The notes under the pieces are model-generated. The model searched no databases. It saw only the letters and a list, made by a program, of their open reading frames with translations, and was not told the origin of the DNA. Positions 1 through 10,219 of a stretch of DNA of 64,000 nucleotides are shown here, piece by piece. Within the stretch, counting starts at the first letter, position 1. Each line of letters opens with the position of its first letter. Source of the DNA: an uncultured delta proteobacterium (GTDB taxonomy: Bacteria > Desulfobacterota > Binatia > UBA9968); NCBI GenBank assembly GCA_963840855.1, contig CAWJBB010000058.1, positions 1 to 64,000 of the forward strand, written 5' to 3'. Both the position numbers and the translations under genes were made by a program.

Positions 1-310
1 ATCGGGCGCCAACGCCATCAATCGGTTGGCGTTCACTCTCAAAGATGAGCACGCCGCCCAACTGCAAGCGCTGCGCTTGGCTGCGCAGAAAGCCAAGGCC
101 AAGGCCGAAGAACTGGCCACTGCTCTTGGACTCAAAATTATAAAAATTCTCGCGGTCAACGAAGGCGAGCGCGGCGTGCGCCCGATCACCATGCCGCTGG
201 CCCGCGGCGCGCAGTTCGAAGCCGCGGCCACGGCGCCGACCCCCGTGGAAGCCGGCACCATCGAAGTCAAATCAACAGTAACGCTCACGGGAGAGTTGGG
301 TGCCAAGTAA
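1..310 (+). CDS. SIMPL/DUF541 (YggE-like) protein, 5' end outside window
   Basis: C-terminal pattern GANAINRLAFTL...ALRLAAQKAKAKAEELATALG...TPVEAGTIEVKSTVT is typical of SIMPL domains. Confidence 0.8.
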   Translation, partial: SGANAINRLAFTLKDEHAAQLQALRLAAQKAKAKAEELATALGLKIIKILAVNEGERGVRPITMPLARGAQFEAAATAPTPVEAGTIEVKSTVTLTGELGAK

Positions 311-335
311 ATCAGGCTCAACGATACTCGCTCTT

Positions 336-1225
336 CTACCCCGCAAACCTCCCCGGATCCTTATAATAATTCTTGTAATACCACTCCGCGATTTCCCCGC
401 CGGTGGTGCGCCACACGCCGTCATGGGCGCACATGTAGTCCAGCGCTTTTTCCAAATAATTTATCCGAAATGGCATGCCGATGACGAACGGATGCAGCGG
501 CAAGACAGAGCACCCGCCCGCCGGTTTCGCTGTCTTTATACAGCGTGTCGAAGTGGTCGCAGACCATCCGATAATATTGTTCCGGCGTGTGATTCTCGCG
601 GATAAAGACGCGAATATCGTTCACACCCAACTCATAGGGTACCACGATCATGCGCCCGCTCTTCACGCGCATCGGCGTCGGCTGCTCGTCATTGCCCCAA
701 TCGCAGACGTACTCGAACCCCTCGGCCGCCAAGTGATCCGGCGTGTTGGAAGTTTCGCCTAGACCGGGGCCAAGCCAACCCTTGGGTGCTCTGCCCGTAG
801 CCTTGGGTAATGATCTCTTTGACCCTGCGAATGATGCCAAGCTCTTCCTCCACGGGGTAATCGAGCATGGAAACGCTGTTGGTCATGCCGTGGCCGAGCC
901 ATTCCCATTTTCGTTTGTTGCCTTCCTCGATGATCGGCGGGTGTTGCTCGCACACTTCGGCATTCAACAGCACGCTGGCACGGATGTCGAACTTATCGAG
1001 CACGTCCATGATCCGGAAAACTCCCACACGCGACCCGTAATCACGCAAGGTATAACCCGGCACGTCGGGCGTGTGATTGCTGCCCGAGCCCCGGATCGGC
1101 ATGTCGTAATGAAAGTATTCGATGTTCGGCGCCACCCACAGCGCGATGCGGCCATGATTGGGCCATTCTATTTTTGGCCGGCGAATAATCGGTGAATAAT
1201 CGTAACGGCGGTTTTCCATGCTCAT
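336..1225 (-). CDS. Polysaccharide deacetylase family protein (PuuE/allantoinase-like), two frameshifts
   Basis: ORFs 689..1225 and 421..840 plus a third frame join into RDYGSRVG...EWLGHG...PKGWLGPG...LHPFVIG...WRTTGGEIAEWY; TAG at 336-338. Confidence 0.8.
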
Positions 1226-1514
1226 TTGAACTCCTAATCTAAGGCGGATGTTTGCGTCTTACCCTTACGCCAGGCGCCCAAGCCGCGTCAACAGGAAGCA
1301 AGAATTCCCTTGACACTTTGTCGTGCCCTTTGCTAAAGGGGTGCAACGACCCCCGCTTTCGGTCGGTAGTTCTCCACACTGTCCCGGGGGCAATGCGTTC
1401 CATTCCTCGGTCAGCGCTCGAAGATCAGTAACAGCATCCGAGCGTAAATCGAGAACAGAGCTTAAGACGACGGTTGGCTCAGCGAAGGTTGCAATTTGCA
1501 TCGAGGAGGTGCTC

Positions 1515-1784
1515 ATGGCCGATCTCACCGAAGAGCAAAAGAAGTCGTACTGGCATTACAACGTCACCTTGACGACGATCCTGCTGATTGTCTGGTTTGT
1601 CGTCACCTATCTGATTTCGGGCCTTTGGGCCGGCTGGTTAAATCAATTTTCTTTCTTAGGATTTCCTCTGGGCTACTACATGGCGGCACAGGGATCGCTG
1701 GCGATCTTCGTTATCGAGATCGCTATCTATGCATATCTGATGAACAAACATGATCTCAAGTACGGCATCCGAGAGGAGGGATAA
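1515..1784 (+). CDS. DUF4212 small membrane partner of a sodium:solute symporter
   Basis: GAGGAGG RBS; YW..N..L...L.VWF and FLGFPLGYYMAAQGS motifs; directly upstream of the symporter. Confidence 0.85.
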   Translation: MADLTEEQKKSYWHYNVTLTTILLIVWFVVTYLISGLWAGWLNQFSFLGFPLGYYMAAQGSLAIFVIEIAIYAYLMNKHDLKYGIREEG

Positions 1785-1787
1785 ACC

Positions 1788-3717
1788 ATGAGCCTGGCGA
1801 GTATATTCGGCCTCTATACGATCTGTTTCTTGGGAGTAACCATTCTCATCGGCTTCGCCGAACAGCTTTTCGGCTTGTCGCCGCAATGGATTGGTTGGAT
1901 ATTCATGGGACTTTCGCTTGGCATCTATGTTGTTATCGGAATCATTACGCGAACGTCGAACCCGGATCAATATTACGTCGCGGGACGCGGTGTGCCGGCG
2001 ATCTACAACGGCATGGCTACAGGTTCGGACTGGATGTCCGCGGCTTCATTTATATCGATGGCCGGCGCGCTTTCCGCTCAGGGTTTTGCCGGTCTCGCAT
2101 ATGTGATGGGATGGACGGGTGGCTACTTGTTGCTGGCGGTTTTCTTGGGTCCCTACCTTCGGCAATTCGGTGCTTACACAATTCCCGATTTTCTCGGCGC
2201 CCGCTACGGCGGCAACCTCCCGCGCGTCATCGGAGTAGTTGCCGCGATTGCCTGCTCGTTCACTTATCTCATTGCTCAAGTGACGGGCGTTGGTCTCATC
2301 GTCGCACGCTTCATCGGTATTGACTACAACATCGGGGTATTCGTAGGTTTGATCGGCGTGCTCTTTTGTTCGGTGTTGGGCGGGATGAAATCAGTCACAT
2401 GGACGCAGGTGGCCCAGTACATCATCCTGATTGTTTCGTATCTGGTGCCCGTGGTCTATCTTTCCTATCAGCTTTTCGCGATTCCTATCCCTGAACTAAC
2501 TTACGGCAGGCTGCTGCAGACCAACAACACCAAAGCCATCGAGATCACACGCGACGCCAAGGAAAAGGAAACCCGCGCCTTGTGGAAAAAGGACGCAGAT
2601 GAGGCGAACGCGAAGCTCAAGGCGGGTAGTCTCAACGATGATCAGGCCGACAAACTCAGGGCAGCGGTGAGGACCGCCACGCAACAAGCAACGGCGCCCG
2701 CGGCCAGCGACGACGCGAAAATCGGCCGATACCTGACAGTGCCTTCCGGAGTAGGCATGTGGAACTTCCTCGCGTTGACCTTCTGTTTAATGGTCGGCAC
2801 CGCGGGCTTGCCGCATATCCTGACGCGTTACTACACGACGCCTTCGGTGAGAGAGGCGCGAACGTCGGTCGCATGGTCGCTGTTCTTCATATTCCTGCTT
2901 TATTTTACCGCCCCGGCGTATGCGGCTTTCGCCCGTTCCGCCATCTACGGCAACCTGGTCGGGACCCAGATAGCTGATCTGCCGCGCTGGGTCACGCTGT
3001 GGCAGCCCGCTGGGTTGTTCGACGTGGTTGACAAGAACGGCGATGGCATCGTGCAGTGGGCGGATTTCGTTGTAAGGTCCACCGACTTCGTTGTGTTATC
3101 CATGCCGGAGGTCGCGGGACTGCCGTTTGTCATCACCGGTCTGGTCATGGCCGGTGGATTGGCCGCCGCGCTTTCCACCGCAGATGGTCTTTTGTTGACG
3201 ATTGCCAATGCATTTTCGCATGACCTTTACTACAACGTGATCGACCCCAAGGCTTCGCTAACCAAGCGGCTAACCATTACCAAAATCCTGCTGGTCGTTA
3301 CGGCCTTGATCGCTGCCTGGGTCGCCACGTTTCGCATTGCTATCATAGTTGAACTGGTCGCCTGGGCGTTCAGTTTGGCGGCGGCATCGTTTTTTCCGGC
3401 TCTCGTCATGGGCATCTGGTGGCGGCGGGCAAATCGCGCCGGCGCTTGCTGGGGTATGTTCTTCGGTCTCGCGATTACCGCGTATTACATGATAGGCAGC
3501 CGTTTTTACGGGATCTCCTGGTTTGGCACTCAGACAATCGCTTCGGCTGTTTTCGGTCTGCCTCATTGGATTCATAACTATCTGGCTCGTATCTCTAATG
3601 ACCGAAGCGCCGCCTAAACAAGTGCAGGATCTCGTCGCCAGCGTGCGCTATCCCAAGAGCGGCCAAGCCTACAAGGGCGATCCGCTCGGCCGTGACGTGG
3701 GAATAGGCGCTAAATGA
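1788..3717 (+). CDS. actP: Sodium:solute symporter, ActP-like cation/acetate symporter (frameshift near 3560)
   Basis: YYVAGR, NGMATGSDWMSAASF, GTAGLPHIL, AAALSTADGLLL motifs; C-terminus continues in ORF 3523..3717. Confidence 0.85.
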
Positions 3718-3731
3718 ATTTATGAGCTCGT

Positions 3732-3761
3732 GAGGACGGGAAGAAAAGGTTTCCCGTCCTC
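3732..3761 (+). terminator. Stem-loop after actP (terminator or processing hairpin)
   Basis: GAGGACGGGAA...TTCCCGTCCTC perfect 11-bp stem; no strong U-tract. Confidence 0.4.
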
Positions 3762-3770
3762 CAAGCCAGG

Positions 3771-4050
3771 GTGAAAATTCATCGAGCCCTTCTCGCAGAT
3801 TTTGTTTTTGGCCCGCTTCCTCTGCTTCATGGCGATGTTTTATTTAGCTCTCCACAAACTGGTGTTCCGTTTGAGCCAAAAACCGAACTCCAAACTCCTC
3901 TGGTTTTTTTCCGTGCTCACGACGCCGCTGACTCGGCCCGTGCGCGCCTGGATCATGCCCGGCGCATCGGAAGATCAGCTTCTCTCCCGGTCGTTGCTCT
4001 TTTATGGCTTCCTGTGGCTCTGCTTGGTCCTCATAGGCCGAATGTCCTGA
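3771..4050 (+). CDS. Small membrane protein (YggT-like), probable 1-nt frameshift just after the GTG start
   Basis: Hydrophobic 82-aa ORF with FF..LT.PL.RPVR motif; removing one A from GTGAAAATTC joins the start to the frame. Confidence 0.55.
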
Positions 4051-4099
4051 GGCCGCGCTAAGGAATTGTAGAAAAAGAAACTATCCACTTTACCGCCCT

Positions 4100-4167
4100 G
4101 TCATTTTGAACGCAGCGTAGCGGAGTGAAGAATCCCGGCCGAGATCCTTCGCGTTGCTCAGGATGAC
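4100..4167. repeat. REP-like palindrome, GTCAT...ATGAC family
   Basis: GTCATTTTGAACGCAGCG...GATCCTTCGCGTTGCTCAGGATGAC imperfect inverted repeat; relatives at ~10084-10163 and ~51440-51528. Confidence 0.7.
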
Positions 4168-4228
4168 TCAAGTGAGGACGCATTTGTAAACTTTGTTGTT
4201 TATCGTGCTCTAAGCGGCGCTACTGCCC

Positions 4229-5641
4229 ATGCTAGATCAGAAGTCCCAACCCGATTATCTTCTAACGCAACCGATTAAGAATCTTATCAAAGGCGCGCCA
4301 GTTTTTGTGCCGTCAAGTGCCACGGTCGCGCAAGCAGCGCGGCAGATGCAGGGCGCGGGCATCGGCTCGGTTTTGATCGCCACGGAGCCGCCTGGCATTG
4401 TTACTGACCGAGACCTGCGCGGCCGGGTTCTGGCCGCAAATCTGGCGCCTGAGACATCTGTGATCCAGGTGATGAGTAGGCCGCTCAAAACCATCGACTC
4501 TGACGCGCCGGCCTTTAGCGCGATTCGCTTGATGGTTGATGAAAACATCCATCACCTTGCAGTCGTCGAAGAAGGAAGAATCGTCGGCGTTATCAGCGCC
4601 ACCGATTTACTGCATCAGCAAACCAGTAACCCCATTTACTTGCGCGGCGTCATCGACCGACTCGACGGCCCAGCCGCGATGGGCGATTACGCCTCGGCCA
4701 TCGCCGCTCTGGCAGAGACCCTCTTTCAGGGCGGACTTGGCGCCTTGCAAATCAGCCACATCGTGTCCGGACTTAACGATGCTTTAGTCAAACGACTGGT
4801 GTATCTCGCCGAGCAGGCACTGGGCGGGCCGCCGGCTCCATACGCTTGGCTGGTTTTCGGCTCAGAAGGGCGGATGGAGCAAACATTGCTCACTGATCAG
4901 GACAACGCGCTGGCCTTCGATGAGCCAACGGAGGAATCTCTCGCCTACTTCGGCGCGCTGTCGAAGCGAGTCGTCGATGGACTGATTCACGCGGGCTTTC
5001 CGCCGTGTGCGGGTGGCTTTATGGCAACCAACTGGTGCAAACCATTGTCCGAATGGCAGGAACTTTTCGCTCAATGGATACGGCTACCGGAGCCTCAGGC
5101 GCTGCTCGATGCAGCGATCTTTTTTGATTTTCGCCTCGTGGCGGGGAGCCTTTCCCTGGAGCCTTTGGAAGAGATCCTTTCCACGGCGCAAAACGAGCGG
5201 CGGTTTCTCTCCCATATGCTTAATGACGCAGTCGCTTTCAGTCCGCCCCTTGGTTTCTTTAATCGGCTCCGTGGCATGAACGGTAAGATCGACCTCAAGA
5301 GGGCTGGCATCACGCCGATCGTCTTCCTGGCGCGCGTCGCCGCCTTGGCTGCGGGCTCGCGCGAGCGCTCGACGTTAGAACGGCTCGCCGTTACCCGTCG
5401 ATCAGAAAAGGTGCTGAGCCAGGAAAGCGCGCGCGACCTCGGCGAGGTCTTTCCGCAGTTTCTTCATTTGCGCTTGCGCGCGCAACTGGCGGCGCGCAAG
5501 AATGGTCGACCGCTCGATAATCGCGTCGATTTGTCGGAACTCTCGGCGTTGGAACGACGCCACTTGAGAGAAGCTTTGATCCTCATCAAACGGCTTCAAG
5601 AAGAAGCGCGTGCGGTTTGGCGGCTCGATCAGCTCGCTTAA
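4229..5641 (+). CDS. CBS-pair plus DUF294/DUF294_C nucleotidyltransferase-like protein
   Basis: GIVTDRDL CBS motif; GSEGRMEQ..TDQDN NTase motif; GFPPCAGGFMATNW, AAIFFDFR, IDLKR. Confidence 0.9.
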   Translation: MLDQKSQPDYLLTQPIKNLIKGAPVFVPSSATVAQAARQMQGAGIGSVLIATEPPGIVTDRDLRGRVLAANLAPETSVIQVMSRPLKTIDSDAPAFSAIRLMVDENIHHLAVVEEGRIVGVISATDLLHQQTSNPIYLRGVIDRLDGPAAMGDYASAIAALAETLFQGGLGALQISHIVSGLNDALVKRLVYLAEQALGGPPAPYAWLVFGSEGRMEQTLLTDQDNALAFDEPTEESLAYFGALSKRVVDGLIHAGFPPCAGGFMATNWCKPLSEWQELFAQWIRLPEPQALLDAAIFFDFRLVAGSLSLEPLEEILSTAQNERRFLSHMLNDAVAFSPPLGFFNRLRGMNGKIDLKRAGITPIVFLARVAALAAGSRERSTLERLAVTRRSEKVLSQESARDLGEVFPQFLHLRLRAQLAARKNGRPLDNRVDLSELSALERRHLREALILIKRLQEEARAVWRLDQLA

Positions 5642-5643
5642 TC

Positions 5644-6459
5644 CTAGATTCTCCAGTCGAAGCGCGCACGGACCGCGACGTGATCGGAGGGCTGCTCGGC
5701 GGAGGGCAGTACCGTTCGGTCGTCAACAGCATGAGTTTCATACGGATCGGACCGCAAGTTTGGCGAATGAAAGAGATAATCGATCTGTTTAGCCTCGCCG
5801 TTGGAACTACACGTGTTCGGCGGCGGATGGCCGTCATGGGCGCAGCGGAAGCCCGATGCCTCGATCAGCGACAGAATCTCGCTCCCCGGGATTACATTTA
5901 AGTCTCCCGCGATGATCCATGCATCAGCGAATGCGGCGCTCTTCTCATACTCGAGCAGTAGTTGCCGCGCTTGGCGCAGCCCCCTTTGGCATTCCCGGGC
6001 TGTGTCCGGCGCATCCCAGGTGAGATGGGTATTGATGATACCGAGCCGACGATCCCGGGCGTCGAAGATCGTGATCAGCGCGATGTTTCCCGTGTCGGAT
6101 TCCCCGGCTCCCGCGTCCGCGAAGCGGATCACGTTTTCACTGATCGGCTGGAAGCGATCCTGCCGGTAAAACGTCGCGCAGCCGTCCGGGTTGCTGCCGT
6201 ATTTGCGCGCATAAAGAACGCCGTGCCCGCGTGGGCTGAGACGGGATTTCACAGCGGCGAGGACATCCGTTTCGACCTCTTGGAGGCAAATGATATCGCA
6301 TGCGAGAGCCGAGATATGTTGCGCGAGTGCGGGAACGCGCCATGAGGGGTCCAGAACCAACGCAGGCGTGCGCGGATAGCGCGCGCGCTGGATGAATGCG
6401 CTCGCAAGAACATTATAGCTAGCGACGGAGATTGACCCAAGGTCAGACAAGATGGCCAC
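5644..6459 (-). CDS. Endonuclease/exonuclease/phosphatase (EEP), CCR4/nocturnin/PDE12-like
   Basis: SYNVLA, DIICLQEV, DGCATFY, NTHL.W, GDLN, IDYLF, PSDH motifs. Confidence 0.85.
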   Translation of the reverse strand: MAILSDLGSISVASYNVLASAFIQRARYPRTPALVLDPSWRVPALAQHISALACDIICLQEVETDVLAAVKSRLSPRGHGVLYARKYGSNPDGCATFYRQDRFQPISENVIRFADAGAGESDTGNIALITIFDARDRRLGIINTHLTWDAPDTARECQRGLRQARQLLLEYEKSAAFADAWIIAGDLNVIPGSEILSLIEASGFRCAHDGHPPPNTCSSNGEAKQIDYLFHSPNLRSDPYETHAVDDRTVLPSAEQPSDHVAVRARFDWRI

Positions 6460-6471
6460 GACTCCATAAAT

Positions 6472-6498
6472 AAAGGGACGGAATCTCTCCGTCCCTTT
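6472..6498. terminator. Hairpin, probable terminator downstream of tpx
   Basis: AAAGGGACGGA-ATCTC-TCCGTCCCTTT perfect 11-bp stem. Confidence 0.5.
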
Positions 6499-6599
6499 CT
6501 GCGCAGGCTTCTGAATCTTGCCTACATGAACTTTCCTACAAGGAATTGGCTGATCGCTGACAGCTGACTGCTGTTCGCCGTGCTTAAGGAGTGCGCGAT

Positions 6600-7103
6600 T
6601 TATTTCGCGGCTGCCAGCGCGGCATCATAATTCGGGTGCTCGCCGATGCTGGGAACGTACTCCACGTGTTTGAGCTTGTTATCGGGGCCGATGACGAATA
6701 CCGCGCGCGCGAGGACTCGATCCAACGGGCCGCCGGAAATCAGCAGGCCGTAGTTCTTGCCGAACGACGCTTCGCGGTGATCGCTGGCGGTAACGACTTT
6801 GTCGGCGTTTGAGGCGCCACACCAGCGCTTTTGCGCGAACGGCAAATCCATGCTGACAACGACAATTTCCACGTTGGGCAGCTTGCTCGCCTCGTCGTTG
6901 AAACGTTTCGCTTCAAGATCGCACACCGGCGTATCCAGCGACGGAACCGTGGCAATGATGCGCGTTTTCCCCGCGCCGCTCGCCAAGGTGTAATCGCTCA
7001 TGTCCGCGCTTTTTTGAACTTTGAAGTCCGGCGCCGCCTGGCCGACCGCCACCTCGTTGCCCAGCAAGGTCAACGTATTATCTTTAAACTTTACCGTAGC
7101 CAT
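6600..7103 (-). CDS. tpx: Thiol peroxidase (Tpx-type peroxiredoxin)
   Basis: VPSLDTPVC, SMDLPFAQKRWC, ARAVFV motifs; GGAGG RBS. Confidence 0.95.
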   Translation of the reverse strand: MATVKFKDNTLTLLGNEVAVGQAAPDFKVQKSADMSDYTLASGAGKTRIIATVPSLDTPVCDLEAKRFNDEASKLPNVEIVVVSMDLPFAQKRWCGASNADKVVTASDHREASFGKNYGLLISGGPLDRVLARAVFVIGPDNKLKHVEYVPSIGEHPNYDAALAAAK

Positions 7104-7305
7104 ATCGCTTCCTCCTGTTTTAGGTTAATGGGAACGGATCCCAGCCTCACACACTTACTAACATCGACCTATCAAGAGTTCTCACTGTTGGCAAACGTTA
7201 ATCCTGGACGAACCTTATTGAAATTTTCGCCCAAATTTTGGCTTGGTGAATCGGAAAAACGAGGAATCCAAGCTTTGAATTTTCGTTTCGAGAAGGCGCC
7301 TAGCG

Positions 7306-8356
7306 TTATTTCTTGCCGATCTCCCGCAAGAGCTTCTCCCATTTTTCGTTCTCTTTTTCGTATTGCGCCGCGGTCATGCGCCGCCTCGGCATAGAAGCGT
7401 TTGAAGTCAGGTTTGTTCACCGCGCTGTCGAGACCGAATTTGCCGAGAAATTTTTGCCCTTCGGGACTGAGGAGAAAATCGTTAAACAATAAGGCAGCGT
7501 GCGGGTGCGGCGCGTTGGCCGGCAACGCGACGCCGCCGGCGTTGGTGGGAACCAAGTCCATGGGGACCCATTTTATCGGCGCGCCTTTGGAAATCGACAC
7601 GCGCGAGTGGCTCAAGAATGTCGTCGGCGACACACCAACCTCGCCGGAAATTACCATGTCGAGAATCGCGCGTCCCGAAACCGGGTAGAGGCCGATCTGC
7701 TGCGTCTTGAGTTTTTGCACGAATTCCGAGCCTTTGCTCGCGAGCATTGCGGCGATCACCCTCGCTCCGGTGTCCGTCGTGTTGAAGCCGATTTTGCCTT
7801 TCAGTTCCGGTTTCAGCAGATCTTCGTAGTTTTTCGGAATCGCGTTTCCTTGAACGACGTTAGTGTTGTAGGCAAGTCCGATATAGGATTCGCGGTCCGT
7901 GGCCCAGTAGACCAGTCCCTTGCCTGCAAGTTCTTTGACATCTTCGGGATAAGCCTGGAGATGCGGCGAAAAGTAAGGCGCGAGCAGTTTGAATTCCTCC
8001 AACACTTTGAGGATTGGGAACGTGGTCTCGATGGCATCGACGATATATTTTTTCGCCTGTGCCTCCTGCGTGATCCGCGAGATCAGTGCGTCGCTGTCAC
8101 CGCGGAAAACTTCCAGCGCCACCCCAGGGTATTTCGCTCCGAACACTTTGGGTGCTTCCGTGTTCGGCCCGCCGGTGAGCGACGTGTACCACATCGCCTT
8201 GCCTTCCTTTTTGGCGCCTTCGTAGAGAACCTTCTCGCGGTCCGGTTTGTTGTAGGCGGCCAGTTCGGCGATGGAAATAGGTTTTCCAGTCTGTGCGCTG
8301 GCCGGAAGCGGTGCATGCAGCACAATGAGCACCGTGGCTATGAAAAATCTTTTCAT
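7306..8356 (-). CDS. ABC transporter extracellular solute-binding protein (Fe3+/thiamine-like cluster), frameshift near 3' end
   Basis: Signal peptide; AKKEG...WYTS, YNT, APHPHAALLFNDFLLSPEGQ; alternative frame ends ...WEKLLREIGKK with TAA at 7306-7308. Confidence 0.8.
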
Positions 8357-8419
8357 CTAGTTTCCTCCATCATCGATAAGTGAGTTAAAACAACTCACAT
8401 CACTGTGTCCCGCGTACCG

Positions 8420-8848
8420 CCTCACTTAACCCTCTTTGTAAAAGAGGGGCAAAGGGGAGTTTTGCGATTGTGAAAATCCCCCTTTGTCCACTTTTGCAAA
8501 AGGGGGACTCGCCCGACCTTGGCGCCTTTGCGCCTTTGCGCGAGTAAATTCTTTCCCGAATCGGAATTTATCTCCCGCCAAGCATGTCCTGAGCTACGTC
8601 GAAGGAACGCCAAGCTCGCAAAGGCCCCGCCCAATCCATCCTTACATTAACTTTCCGAACCTTGGCGCCCTTTGCGCTCTTTGCGCGAGATAACTCTTCT
8701 CCGAATTCTTTTTTCCTCGCGCCAAGCACGCTAAGCTCGCAAAGGCCCCGCCCCACCCATCTTTTTTTCATTTCCTAACTCGGTGCTCTTTGCGCGGAAA
8801 TCGTGCTCGTGCTCGAGAGAACACGAACCACGATCACGCTCCACGACG
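8420..8848. repeat. Cluster of REP/MITE-like palindromic repeats of several families
   Basis: CCCTCTTT..AAAGAGGG hairpins, triple 9-mers CTTGGCGCC/TTTGCGCC and their inverse CGCCAAG..CGCAAAG, a GTCCTGAGC..GTCGAAGG insert, CGTGCT/CACGA repeats. Confidence 0.8.
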
Positions 8849-8850
8849 GT

Positions 8851-9966
8851 CTAGCCTTTCAACCGCGCGATATTGTATGCCGCGACGGGGCGGTGAAAAC
8901 CTTTGAGGGTTAGCTCGCCCATGGAGTCGGTTTCGACGAGCTCTTCCACCCGGACTGCCACGCGCTGGGAAACGAGGATCTCTCCGGGTTTCGCCTCGCC
9001 GCACAGCCGCGCTGCGAGGTTGGGAACTGTGCCGATCGCGCCATATTCCCATCGTCCCTCAAAGCCGATGGCGCCAATGGTCGCATAGCCCTGGGCGATG
9101 CCGACCCCGAAGTCGAGATCGTGGCCCAGCTTTCGCCACTTCGCGCGGAGTTCTTGCACTCCCGCGCGCATCGCCAGCGCCATGCGCACCGCCCGCTCCG
9201 CGGCGTCCGTGACGGGCACGGGATCATTAAAGAAAATCATCATGCCGTCGCCCGCAAAGTGCTCTAGGGTTCCCTCATACTCGAGAATCAATTTTCCCAT
9301 TTCGGCGTGATACTCGCGCAAGATTTCCATGACTTCCTCGGGCTCGGCGCTTTCGGCAAATGCGGTGAAACCGCGCAGATCAAGATAAACCACGGTTAGC
9401 TCGCGCCGATGGGGTTTGAGCGGGTCGTCGGCGCCGCCGCTGACAATCAGATCGGCAAGCTGCGGCGAGAAGAAGCGCTTCAAACGTCCCAATCGTTCGA
9501 GCTGGTCGACCTGTTCCCGCACGCGCTGCTCTAAGGTTTGGTTCCATTCCGCGAGCTGGGTCGTTTGAGATTGTACGGTGTCATGGAGTTCTTTGATGCG
9601 CAGCAGTGACTTCACGCGCGCAAGCAGTTCGGCTTGATTGATAGGCTTGGTAAGAAAATCGTCGGCGCCGGCTTCGATTCCTTTGACGCGTTCCTCGCCG
9701 GGATCGAGCGCCGTCACCATAATAATAGGAAGAACCGGGGTCGCTGGATTCTCTCGTATCTTGCGGCACACTTCGTAACCGCTCATCTCCGGCATCACGA
9801 CATCTAGGAGCACCAAGTCCGGTTGATCCGCCTCCACTCGAGCTACGGCCTCCCGTCCCGACGTAGCGGTCACGACAAGGTAGCCCTTGACGGACAATAG
9901 ATCGGCCAGGAGCTTCACGTTCCTAGGAGTATCGTCGACAACAAGAATTTTCGCTGGCGAATTCAC
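8851..9966 (-). CDS. Receiver domain fused to class III adenylate/guanylate cyclase
   Basis: ILVVDD, DLVLLDVVMP, FLTKP receiver; DLRGFT, AGDG, YGAIGTVPNLAARL cyclase. Confidence 0.92.
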   Translation of the reverse strand: MNSPAKILVVDDTPRNVKLLADLLSVKGYLVVTATSGREAVARVEADQPDLVLLDVVMPEMSGYEVCRKIRENPATPVLPIIMVTALDPGEERVKGIEAGADDFLTKPINQAELLARVKSLLRIKELHDTVQSQTTQLAEWNQTLEQRVREQVDQLERLGRLKRFFSPQLADLIVSGGADDPLKPHRRELTVVYLDLRGFTAFAESAEPEEVMEILREYHAEMGKLILEYEGTLEHFAGDGMMIFFNDPVPVTDAAERAVRMALAMRAGVQELRAKWRKLGHDLDFGVGIAQGYATIGAIGFEGRWEYGAIGTVPNLAARLCGEAKPGEILVSQRVAVRVEELVETDSMGELTLKGFHRPVAAYNIARLKG

Positions 9967-10025
9967 GTATCAGTATTTTTCCTTGGGACTCTTTGCGGAA
10001 AACATAGAATTCGGATTTTTTATCC

Positions 10026-10208
10026 CGCCAAGCATGTCCTGAGCTACGTCGAAGGAACGCTAAGCTCGCAAAGGTCCCGCGGTGTCATTTCGACCCCTTC
10101 GGCAAGCTCAGGATAAACTCCGGGAGAAATCATTCTTAGATCCCTCGCATCCGCTCGGGATGACGGGCCTCGGCCCGTCACCTTGGCGTCTTTTGCGCCT
10201 TTGCGCGA
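10026..10208. repeat. Nested composite repeat (9-mer shell with two other families inside)
   Basis: CGCCAAG..CGCAAAG left arm and CTTGGCGTCTTTTGCGCCTTTGCG right arm enclose a GTCAT..ATGAC element that itself carries CCCTTCGGCAAGCTCAGG. Confidence 0.75.
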
Positions 10209-10219
10209 GGTATCTTCTT

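Noticed and set aside
8420-8848. CRISPR array
   Set aside because: Repeats alternate in orientation, are heterogeneous and irregularly spaced; no cas genes in the window.
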